From Epiperipatus broadwayi (lineage: Eukaryota > Animalia > Onychophora): a stretch of 64,000 bases of DNA. A model generated the notes under the pieces. The model was not told where the DNA came from, did not search any database, and saw only the letters and a list, made by a program, of their open reading frames with translations. Where the stretch lies: NCBI GenBank assembly GCA_028023455.1, contig JAQFVV010000005.1, positions 16,182,001 to 16,246,000 of the forward strand. Reading direction: 5' to 3'. The stretch's first letter is position 1; each line of letters opens with the position of its first letter. A program made the translations under genes and the position numbers. Below are positions 26,701 through 38,149 of the stretch, one piece after another.

Positions 26701-29700
26701 TTAAAACAATTAAAAATAAGTTTTTGTAAAGTATAATTTTATCACATATCCACCAGAGGGAGGTAATGTATTTTGCAAATTTTTATTTTTTTTTAATTTG
26801 TGTGAGTACAACCTTTAGTGCAAAATACAACACATAATTATATTAAAAGATTTTAAAGATATAAAATAAATACAATTACTATATAGAACATAAAAATGCA
26901 TCTAAATATGGAAATAAAAATATAAGATATATACATAAACAAAGAACAATGAATTATTAATTAAAGAGAAAGTATTTTTGCTATTATAATTTTTTGGTGA
27001 AAAATTATTGAAATTTTATTACATGTAAAAATCTAAAAAAATAAAATAAAATATCGGAAATTAAAAACAAAAAAAAAACATCTACCAAGATTAATGCAAT
27101 TTAGTTAAATAGATCTGGAATATTCGCAATACGAAACCGATAATACGTTAAGGATATGTCTTTATAAAATATACGTGCATGGAACTCTACAAGATTTTCA
27201 AAACAGTACTTAAAACACTTTTTTTTTTTTTAATTCGTAAATAAATTTTGAATAGATGGGAAAGGAAGAATGCCTACTAAGTTTTTTGAAGATTTAATTG
27301 CTGTTGACTCAAAAACGTGTAAATTTAGTGAAATAAATTAATATCAGAAAATTTCAGATTTGGTAATGAATTTGAAAAAGGTTTTCAATTAAATGTTTTC
27401 CTTAACATACAAGGCTGCCACATTGCTTCCTAAGAAATGCATTTTCCAGTAAATAATGTTATGTGGTGAAAAATATTTAAGACAAACACACAGACATGCA
27501 AACATGTGCGTAAATACGCATATATAAATACATTCACAAATCCACATCACTCTAGTTCAAAGTGCATAGACATTACCACAACATTAAGTCATTTTAGATT
27601 AGAACATTTTATAACGATTAATATCAAATATTTTATTTAAAAAAAGTTTTCAATACTGCATGTAAAATAACAAATAATAATGAATGTTCGCCATGGTAAC
27701 AATACTCATTTTTAAAATGAAACATATCTTTCATGATCATCTCCATTTCTTTAAAGTTATAACTATAGTCTTTTATATATATATTTCATATTTATATAGT
27801 ATCCTACATTATTCTCTAAATCTTGGGGGAAGGAAAGACTTGCTTTTATAATAAACATATATTTTCAAGAATATGCCAAATACTAATAAATAGCAACTGT
27901 TATATTTAACATCATTAACATTAGTAAACTAACAAAAGACATGTGCTACCCATCTAACCACTTATCTCCACTAACTTTACCTGTGATTTTTGATCTATCT
28001 TTAAATCATCCACAGATTATCCTTTTCTTTAAGATTATTGTCACCATTTTTCTCCTATCATTCTTCTCCTCAGAAATACATCAAATTCATCTATTTTTAA
28101 ATACTACCCCTTTCTTAATGGTTATTCTCTAAATTTATTTCACTGTTTTAGTTGCAATTTTCATCTCTAATTTGCAACAAATGTCATAAATTCTTCTTAA
28201 TATCTTATTAGACTTATGCTTGGCCTAATTAACATAGAATGTTTGCATTTTTGCCTGTAACATGCATTTTTGAGTTTTCACATAGGTATTTTACAATTTG
28301 AAAAATTCTTATATTATTTCACCTTCTTTTCTCATGTTTTTTATTAAACTAATGCTTGAAATGTTTTGACTTTTTTTACATTTATTATCAATCAAAACAT
28401 TTCAAATCCTAATAAAAAAATGTAGAATAACCATTTACCTTATTTTTTATAATTCTTCTCTCTAAAAATTTACCTAATACAATTTAGCTTTTGCTCTATA
28501 ATCTTAATAAATAATCTTTTTTAGTTTTTTTTTCAATCCCCCAACATTGTCAATCCTGTACCCAACCATTCCCTTTTCCAAATCAACACAACAAAATTAT
28601 CATTTCTTTTCCAAACTGTCTAGGTCTCTTCTTGACCTATTGTTTGATATAAGAATGTCAGGATAAATTCTGGTAGGAGTTTGGTTTTCCAAGATGGAGC
28701 ACATCAATTTAGTTCTCAAATTAAGCTATTAAGTTATTAATTCAAATGCTGCAAATTTAATGATTATTCCACAGTGTTTTTTAAAGCAACTAATTAACAT
28801 CTAATTTAAAATGTATTGTAGATGACAATTCCTCTACTAAATTGTTACTTTTTAAGATATCTTTGAAGCTCAGGCACTACATTCAAAATGAAATTTTTCA
28901 AAAAATATGATCAGTAACTTAAGTATAATTCTTGTGGAATATTGTTAATAGAAATTATACTCTTCTATAATTTGTCATCAAATCTAGTTTCAAATTCACT
29001 ATTAAACTAATATTTACTAAGGCATTAAACCTTTAAACATGTGTGCTTGAAAATGCGAAGGTAGGGACCTCTACAGGTCTTAACCACAAGATTACTGTTT
29101 GGAAAAAACTGTATGAAAATAAACTTAATAGTTTCATTAAAAGCAAATCCCTTCTTCAGTTGCCAATATGAACAAATCAAACTGAGAGAGTGCAAACCTC
29201 TCAAGTGTTTAGCCAATCAGATTGCAAATACTGGGACAAAGAATTTAACAAGAAAAGAGCGGTTCCACTCTCTTCTTTACTTGTCTGTCTATATATCCAA
29301 GCCAGTCCAAAGTACTTAGATCTGCAAGTGTGAATCTTAAATATCTTCACACTTAACTCACTGAGTTCTAATTATAAACATACAGCATGAAATCTTTCGA
29401 TTTACTATGCAGTAGGTTTTAGATGTTATAACTTGCAGCAATATATGAACAAAATGAACAAAAAAAAATGTCACTTTTGAATATTTAAATGCAATCATGT
29501 TGAACACAAAGAATTCAATATTTGACAATAATAACCTCTCTTTCTCCAATATACAACTAATTCTGTGCATATATAAAATATTCCATGAAATACCCTAGAC
29601 AGAAATATATCAGTTATTCACTATATGTATGAAATTAGTTATAAAATGAAAAGAAAAAGGACTCTTTTAAGTACAACTGCCTTAAATAATATGCTGCTTT

Positions 29701-30009
29701 TAGTCAAAGGCTGCTTTTAGCACCTGTTAATGGCAGAACCGTAATAGTAAATACATTACTTGTTCGATTAACCAATTGCCACATAATATGGACTTTTACT
29801 ATTTTCCTTCCTTATTTTACCCATTATTTAAGATTATTTAAAATACATATTTACTAACCAATAATTAGATGTTTATTTTGGTTGTGAATATGATGGCTAA
29901 AACCCTAAACCTGTTTAAAAATCTTTTAACTAAACATGAACCCCAACAGATATTTAGAATAGAAAAATCACGCGATGCTTTATTTAAACGGGACTATTAA
30001 TATATTTTT

Positions 30010-30215
30010 TTATGATAATAGATGGACAATTGCAATCTTAAACAGGATTCCAAGAGATTGTAAAAGACCCAGAAAGAGACCACATGTGAGATGGATGGAT
30101 GAAATAAGAAAGTGTGCAGGGATGATGTGGAGAAGAGAAGCTAAAGATCGGAGATGGATTGAACATGGGGAGATCATCCTGCAGTGGATTGATAATGGTT
30201 GATGATGATGATTAA
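30010..30215 (+). mobile_element. RTE 3'-end fragment with a (TGA)n tail (similar fragment at about 14195-14385)
   Basis: PRDCKRPRKRPHVRWMDEIRKCAGMMWRREAKDR...QWI, then GATGATGAT. Confidence 0.8.
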
Positions 30216-30559
30216 TATGTTTCTAATTTACACTCTATATTACGCACATACACATTTATGTTAAAGAGACGCTTGGAATAATAAAATTAATATAAAGTGC
30301 CAGCATGTTTTTGTTAATTCTTTTTATAAGATATATGCATAAAGTTTTCGTATGTATCATCTTTAAATAAAGCGGACATCGTTTACAAAAAAAAAAGTTT
30401 TAGTAAGTAAATACAATCTCTTTCTCTTTTTTTTTAGCTTTCAGATGGCGGATTGGATTTCATTTCTGAAAATATAGAATTTGAAAAATTTATATCAACA
30501 CCCTTTGTAATGCAATACGATTCTTTTAAAAGATTATTCCCAAAGATATTTTCCATGTT

Positions 30560-30900
30560 TTGCCAAATAATCACGTGATTAGTTTAAAAGTAAACTTTAT
30601 ATTTTATTTCAAATGGTTATTATTAGAAAAATATTTGAGAGAAAAAGATTAAATATGTAATCATATACAAATATATAACTTTGAAATTGTGATGTTAAAG
30701 GAATCCTTTTAATATCACTATAAATCACGTGACTGCCAAGTTGTAGAATACAATCAATCAATAAATGAAAGTACTGTATTCATCTAATGCGTGCTTCGAC
30801 CCGCCTCTCTCCTTCATATAAATAGAGCAACTTTTATTTTTAAAGCTATATTGTAAATTCTAGATTTTAAAACTACATTATAAAATTTAACACGTGATCT
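30560..30900. promoter_or_regulatory. CpG-retaining candidate promoter/enhancer with three CACGTG E-boxes and a TATAAATA
   Basis: TCACGTGA at 30571, TCACGTGAC at 30725, CACGTGA at 30891; TATAAATA at 30817-30824. Confidence 0.5.
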
Positions 30901-31615
30901 GTTTCAGGAAGTATCTGATGTTTGAGAAACAAAAGACAAGATTCGCGCAACAATTCCATGATTATTGCTGAGATTAAGATATTCCTCTTTTTTGTTTTGC
31001 ATTTCTCAGCCAGAAAGTAATGTATAGCCCTTTACTCTAGAACCAGCTTCTCCAACGACTGGTCCAAAGGCTTATGGCATAATAAAGAATGAATATGCTT
31101 TTACCAATAAAGTGCGAAAATGTATCAGACATTAATAACGTCTTTGTCTCCACTCTACATGTAATCGACTATGACCAATTTAAATAAGTACCAATTGGCT
31201 CCAAAGAGATGCTCCCATAAAATCTCTGACAAACTTTAGCAACACTGTCACAATACATGTACTTATTACAAAGCAAAAATGTCTTCTTATAAAAAGCCAT
31301 GCAATATAAAATGTCTTCTCATAAATGAAGTGAGAAGTTGAAACAGTTGTATAATGCTGTAAATCCATCTATGTCTTCCTCCCTATTACTTCTTTTCAAT
31401 CTAAAATTACCAAAGACTTCTCTCAACTGCAATTCATTTAATTTTCCGTTTTCTATTTCATTTTAATAAAAGCTCTTTTATTATTTATAATATTCTATTA
31501 TCATATTTCTCCAGTTTTTCTAATAAAGACCTAAACAAAAAAAAATTAAAATTCTCCACACCTTATACCCCTGATATTTATGATTTTCTCACCTTATATA
31601 CAATTTATACTGATC

Positions 31616-31722
31616 TTTTTTTTTTCATATGTCATAGCATCGGCCGGGACACGAACCCACAACCGTCTGTAACCAACTACTTGCTTGCAAGACAGCTGCG
31701 ATGACCTCTCGTCTAACAACGC
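31616..31722 (-). mobile_element. tRNA-derived SINE (family S)
   Basis: A box TAGxCGAGAGG, B box GGGTTCGTGTCC, poly-A tail; three copies in the window. Confidence 0.85.
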
Positions 31723-32724
31723 TTTTTTTTCTTCAAAATTCTAATATTACAAAAATAAATAGCCCAATTCTCTCACTCTCAACTTCACTTAAACCATAAC
31801 TATAGTTCAAATATCTATTCCATATTTGCCTCCTTTTCTTGGTACAAATTCCCTCTTTTTGTATCAAATAATAATAAGCTTCATCTAATATTATCATATA
31901 TTCTTTTGTATTCTATATATTTTTTTCTTTTTACATAGATGCCAACCACTTTCTTATTCATATTCATTTTTTATAACTTTATTTCTCTTTTTCTAACAAC
32001 TTATCTATTTTCTTTTTCCACTTCTCATAATTATGTTCCTATAATATATTTTTTTATATATTTACATCATCTAGTGTCCATTATCTCATTTATTACTTGC
32101 ATATTATATTTAAGAATGGAAATTTTTAAAAATGTTATTATTTTATGCAAATCAGGATAAGAATATCTATGTGATATTTAGTATACTGAAGTAAGAGTTT
32201 CTAAATTTATGAATAAATTTATTCATGGATGATTTAAGTCTGAATACATTAATATAATATACAAGTCAGATTGCTAAAGAATCATTTTAACAAACTTCTA
32301 AACAACCCTCACTCATTTATATTAATGATAATTCACTGATTGGACAAAAATGATTAGTTTGGCCTGACCCTCATGGTTTTAAATGGTAAAGGAACTTAGC
32401 CAACAATACTAAGAAAATATAAAACTTTTATATTAATGGTAACTTTTGGAATGATTAATCAAGTGAGTTTATAGTTTCAAATAACAAATGAGATAAAATT
32501 TTAATAAATAAATCATGATTATTAAATATATAACATATTTTGATAATTTAGATTTATTTAGGAACCAATTAAGGCTGAATACATTACTATAATTTACAAG
32601 TCACATTCCTAAAAAATTATTTTAATAAACTTTTAAATAATACCACTCTCGCATATTAATGGCAATTGGTTATTCAAATAAAAGTAAATTGTAGGCAGAA
32701 ATCGTGTGTTTTGTTTGTATTAAA

Positions 32725-32831
32725 TTTTTTTTTTCATATGTCATAGCATCGGCCGGGACGCGAACCCACAACCGTCTGGAATCAACTACTTGCTTGCAAG
32801 GCGGCTACGGTGACTTCTTGGCTAACGACGC
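32725..32831 (-). mobile_element. tRNA-derived SINE (family S)
   Basis: As above; the acceptor-stem pairing GCGTCG/CGATGC is retained. Confidence 0.85.
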
Positions 32832-34029
32832 TTGACACAGAAAATTTAAAATCTAACTAATTCTTTTTTTGCATAAAAAAAAAGACTGAAGTAGTTGTCT
32901 AAAAATAGCCCATGTTAAAATAAGCTGCTTTTCATCAGCCACAATGAAACATAATGGATAATAATTCATTTCATTTGTAATTTAAAGACCACTTATCAGC
33001 AAACAAATTTTATTTACAGCTTTAATATAAGCTTTTCTCATTATTGTATTCATAGCACCGTAACCACAATTTATTACACGCACACACACATGTAAGATAT
33101 TTCCAGTGACTAATATTATGTATTATATCAAGATTAATACTCAAACTACTGGTATATTAAGTGAATGAAATTCTCTCAATTCAAAGCACAAAACAAACCC
33201 TTTTAGAGAACAGAATGGATATCTTCTCTCTTTACCTCATCTCCTTAGAGGTTTATATGAAGCACTTTGAAAAAAGAGTATGAATTTTTAAATCAATCAC
33301 ATTACTTTTTAAAACTTGATTTACATTGTTTTAATTGACATTTGTGAAATTTTTCAATTTACACATTGTACCAATTCAAATAGTGAAATGAGGTAAAGAG
33401 AAAAGACAAACATTTTTCTCTCTAACTGGGAATATCATATTTATATATTTCACTCCTTGAGTCAGTATTGACAATAAATAATCAAAAATCCTCTAAAAAG
33501 ATGAGTTAAAGAGAAAAGACATCCGTTCTTCTCTCTAAAAAGTTTTGTCTTGTGCTTTGAATTAAGAATACTTCATTTACTTAATCTCAATATTATATAT
33601 ATATATATAAGACATAATTAAAACTTCCATTCCATCATGTACATTCTTAAAACATATGATAAATACATAAATGACTCCCAAGATGTATTTCATGCTGAGC
33701 CAACATTCTTCAATTAGCCTATGTCATTTATCAATATTAAATTTTTACACTTTGATTTGCAAGTGACAACGTAGACAGCAGCCACTTCAGCAGATTAATG
33801 TCAAAGTCGTGAATGCAAAAACTTTGGCATTTTAAATCAAACTGAAACATATATATATATTCATAGTAATATTTCTGGGAGCTTCAGTATAATAAAAAAT
33901 ATAATGGCGAAACAGCTGACATTTCAGTGTAATAACAAATACTTTCCTCAGAGCTTCTTCTTTCTCAATTCATAAGAATATTAGAATTAACATATATATA
34001 TAAAATTACATTTCGATATTCTGCCATTC

Positions 34030-34350
34030 TAAATGTTAATGTTAAAAATACATACTAAAACAGAGATTAAATATAAAATTTAGAAAGATTTATTGTACCA
34101 ATTATACTTTCAATGCTTTCATATCATATTCATGGTTAGTCTGCTAAGAACATTCATTTTTTGTTGATTTGAATGCTATTACACAATATGTAATGAACCA
34201 AAAATCAAATAGCATTCAAATCAGCAAATAATTAATGTTCTTAGCCGACTAATTACCATGAAGATGACATGAAAGCATTGAAAGTAAACTTGGTACAATA
34301 AATCTTTCTAAATTTTATATTTAAACTCTTAGTATTTTTTACATTAATAT
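34030..34350. repeat. Diverged fold-back repeat (about 150-bp arms); similar unclassified fold-backs at 3735-3845, 15683-15845 and 33155-33585
   Basis: Arms are readable reverse complements, e.g. AGAAAGATTTATTGTACC / GGTACAATAAATCTTTCT. Confidence 0.7.
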
Positions 34351-35444
34351 ACATATAATGTGATGATTTCCATAAGTAAACAATGTAAACAAATATTTTA
34401 AACATTCATGTAAGTAGATGCATATTTTTAAATCAATGCTATGCCGATGTTTTCATAAGATCATACATGCTATCATGCATTCAGTAGAGGTCATCAATTT
34501 TCAGCAATTCTGAAACATTCTACTTAGAAAATGGCTACTGTGGTGTAACCCAAGTATCAGTTTAACACTGATCTCAAAAACTATATTTATGACAGAGTTT
34601 AATATATATGTAATTAAAAGTAACAAACTACTCCCCCCCCCCCATACACTGAATATTTAACACAAATCTAAAATAGAAGTGATCCACTTGTTTATTAAGA
34701 TCAAAAGCTTCATAAATGGATTCATTTTATTCTTGATCCTTGCTAAACATATAGAGTTTGTTTATCCATAGTCTGAGGAAGAGTAGTTTGTTCTCTTTAA
34801 TTACATATACATTAAGCTATGCTAATTTCATGTTTACAATTCCTTAACTTCTGTTTGATTATTAAAACATGGTTCTTAAAAATGAGTTTCTGTCTCCATC
34901 CTTGTATTATTAGCTTAATAATCATTAATGCCACATCTAGATGGTATATTAAGATCATTCTGAATGTCTACCAATTTTGGCAAGAATAAACTTATAAATA
35001 TCAAATGCTTAAAGAATAGATGCATCCATTCAATTCTTGATTCTTGTGAAGAGGGAGAATGGGATTGTAAAATATTCTAAAGGATTTCCTGTATAAGGAA
35101 GGCAAGAGCATGCTCATGTGGAAATCTTAATCATTACTGCAACCTCATATAAAATCCAAAATAAACTGACATTCTACTGAAATACATTGTTGAAACATCA
35201 GCCAGAAATTTTATATATTGTGCACAATATATATGAATAGTTTCTTTTCTGCACTTATCTATTGAAAAATCAGTAAATATATTTGATTGTTTTATCCATG
35301 CAATATTAGATACTCAATATATATATATATAAATAACTACAACCATTAAATGTCTGTATTTTTAAATTATATAATAATAATTCAAACAAATATATTTAAC
35401 CCAGTATTCAAAATTAAATAATATATTCTTTACCAGAAGTACTT

Positions 35445-36009
35445 TCAATTGTTTCACTGACAATCTTTATCATCTGTTAATACAAACGTACAAAAAATAA
35501 AAACTTGCATTACCCATCATTCAATCTATTCAAATTTCCCACAATTCTGTTGTCTTTATATTAGCCGATTGTTTATTCATTAAACCACCTCTATTCCTAG
35601 ATATCATCATTGCCTCTTTAATTTTACGTTTTTCACTACACCTTTCAATTTGAATAATTTTTATATCTCTATTATTAAATTTAAAACCATAATTACATGT
35701 TTTATTATGATCAAATATAATTGATGGAGTATTCATATTTACTGAAGATATATTTTCTTTCTGTACACGTTTATAAAATGTCTTATGATCATTATATCAT
35801 TTTTGTAATGTACATTTGGATTCCCCTATATATTTTATTCCACAACCACATTTCAACATATATATAACAGAACTTAATTCAAACTTAGAAATCTTGGTCT
35901 TGGTAAAGAATATATTATTTAATTTTGAATACTGTGTTATATATATATATATAACTACTATGATCTGAAAGGGTCTCATAATACAATCATAACCTATTCT
36001 ATATACCAT
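35445..36009 (-). mobile_element. Penelope-like element 3' remnant: GIY-YIG endonuclease plus a decayed HHR
   Basis: SSVIYMLKCGCGIKYIGES...FDHNKTC...KRKIKEAMMI...LMNKQ, in one frame with internal stop(s). CAGATGA...GAAAC follows at about 35445-35480. Confidence 0.8.
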
Positions 36010-36300
36010 GTTTATGACTTGGGTTTGAATTTAGCTGAGTAAAATTGAATTCTAAAATCTTTAATTAGACTTAATTTCCTTTTCAGGTAGCTAACCCTTA
36101 GATATCTGTCAGCCAATGTTGGTCAATAAATAAGTATTTATTTATTCTTAGTTAATAAGTAAAACAAAAATATGAAAAAAACTGATTAAACCTCATATCT
36201 AGCACATATCAATCCAGGTGATAAATTATTTCTCCTTCATATTCTTTCTGCAAAGGCCTGTTGGAAAGGCTTTTCCCTGCAGCTATTTCACACACACCGC

Positions 36301-36336
<36 letters not shown>

Positions 36337-36379
36337 TGTACTATTAAAATGCTTCTTTTATAATGAATCTTCAACATAT

Positions 36380-37497
36380 GAGAGTTTTATTAGAAGCTAA
36401 CAAAAAGCATAAGCAACATACCATTGATGATAAGGAGACGTTTTTATTGCTGAATAACCAGACCTTTTGCCAAAAGATGTTTGAAGTCATAATAATTATG
36501 CATGCAGTATTAAAAACATTTATATTGATAACATAATTACATCCTAATATCTCAACCATCACATTTTTTCATAAACATCACAGAAGTAAAATTTTAACAC
36601 ACTTAAGATACAACTGTGTGTGTGTTTATATATAACATATTTATGTAAGCACATATTACTGTAAGGATTATAACACTAATGCATCTAACTGTTCTCAACA
36701 ATATCAAATATTAATACCACATTTTATCACAAGAACAAACACTGACACAATGCAAATCATTTTTCACACATCATAGAATATTTGTAACAAGCACTTTATT
36801 TTCACTGATCATTGATGTTAAAGTATTTCACTGTCACCGTTACACAGCATCATCACTTTTCCAGCTTTCTCCTCCATGAGCTATTTCATTGTTAAACCCA
36901 TTCTTTTGCATACAGCTTCTTAAGATAGATTAAAATGTCCAAAAAAAACAACTTTAAAATAGCATGTTGGAACCGGAAGATAATTCATTTAAGAGCTCCC
37001 ATCAACTACATTCGATTACCAATCTCTTATATTATTTAATCAAACCATCTGAGCAAAATGCTTAATTGATTTTATATTTATGTGTGAATGTTTTTTGTTT
37101 CTATACATGTGAGTGTATATGTAAATATAAAAAGTATAATAACAGAATTAAATTAGACATAAAAGTTTTGGCAGAAAATAAACAAAATAATATCTTCAGA
37201 GAAAAACAAAATTGCAAATCTGATGATAATTAAATATTTGTGTAAACATACATATACACACACCGGTATGTGGCAAAGCACTCGCTTTTGTGTCTAAACC
37301 TCATTTGTCTTAAAAACTATTACTACAATTGTATTAGCAACTGAGTTGTTTCTTTAATAATAAAGCATTTTATTTAATGCGAAAAATGTGACAGCCTTGC
37401 ATTTTTGCAATCAAGTGTTGACAGAACTGCTCTTCCAGAATGTCCACAATGTGAAGCACCACCTATGATTAAACGCCCTCTAGAAGTCTAAGCTATG
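36380..37497 (-). other. Putative 3' UTR of the Noc2-like gene (end uncertain)
   Basis: Follows the stop codon and is largely free of recognisable TEs. Several minus-strand AATAAA signals occur (plus-strand TTTATT near 37370, 36795, 36445, 36387). Confidence 0.4.
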
Positions 37498-37637
37498 CTA
37501 GTGGTCAAGAGAGTGTTGAGACTGGGGAGTAGCTGTACCTGAATCACCGGTCCTTTTCTTCCGTCGATTTCGGCCAATGCTCACGTCATCATCTGAACTA
37601 GACGAAGAGTCTTGGTCGCTATTATCGGCATAGCTTC
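37498..37637 (-). CDS. RPH3AL: Probable terminal coding exon of the same Noc2-like gene
   Basis: Acceptor gttatgtttttag|GA is phase 1, compatible with the upstream exon. Reads (G)SYADNSDQDSSSSSDDDVSIGRNRRKKRTGDSGTATPQSQHSLDH* with TAG at 37500-37498. It is a GC/CpG-rich island in AT-rich surroundings. TWxRGR followed by a Ser/Asp run matches my recollection of vertebrate Noc2. Confidence 0.8.
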
Positions 37638-38149
37638 CTAAAAACATAACAATAAAAAACACATATATATATATATATGTAATTAATACATTAGAAAACT
37701 ATATCTTATAACCTTATAAAAAAAATAGAAGTATTTAAACAAAATTTTGAATTAATTACTTATAACATCTTACTTAAAGAATGAGCTAGTAGAGAGCTTT
37801 AAAGGCTTTTATTTATTAACCATAAATGGAAGAAACAAATTTCTAAGTGGGGTCTATATTAATGTAATATTCTCTAATATCAAAATCATCCACATAATAG
37901 ATGAGAAATAAATCCACATGAATATTTTTATTCCACTTTCTACACCTACCAACGCACACGCACGCACAACATATATATGTATTGCGGACAAAAATGCAAT
38001 AAACCTTCGTCATGTATAAATTCTCCAATGATAAACCCACATATTTTTCTAAGTCATTTTCTTTATTCTAATCAGTATATATCTCCTCTAGAACTTGACT
38101 GAGATAGATATTTAACACGTGAAAAACACTAGATGAGAGATTGAAAAAA

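Noticed and set aside
34900-35300. SWIM-like FPHEHALA motif suggesting a MULE transposase relic
   Set aside because: A single short motif with stops; insufficient support.
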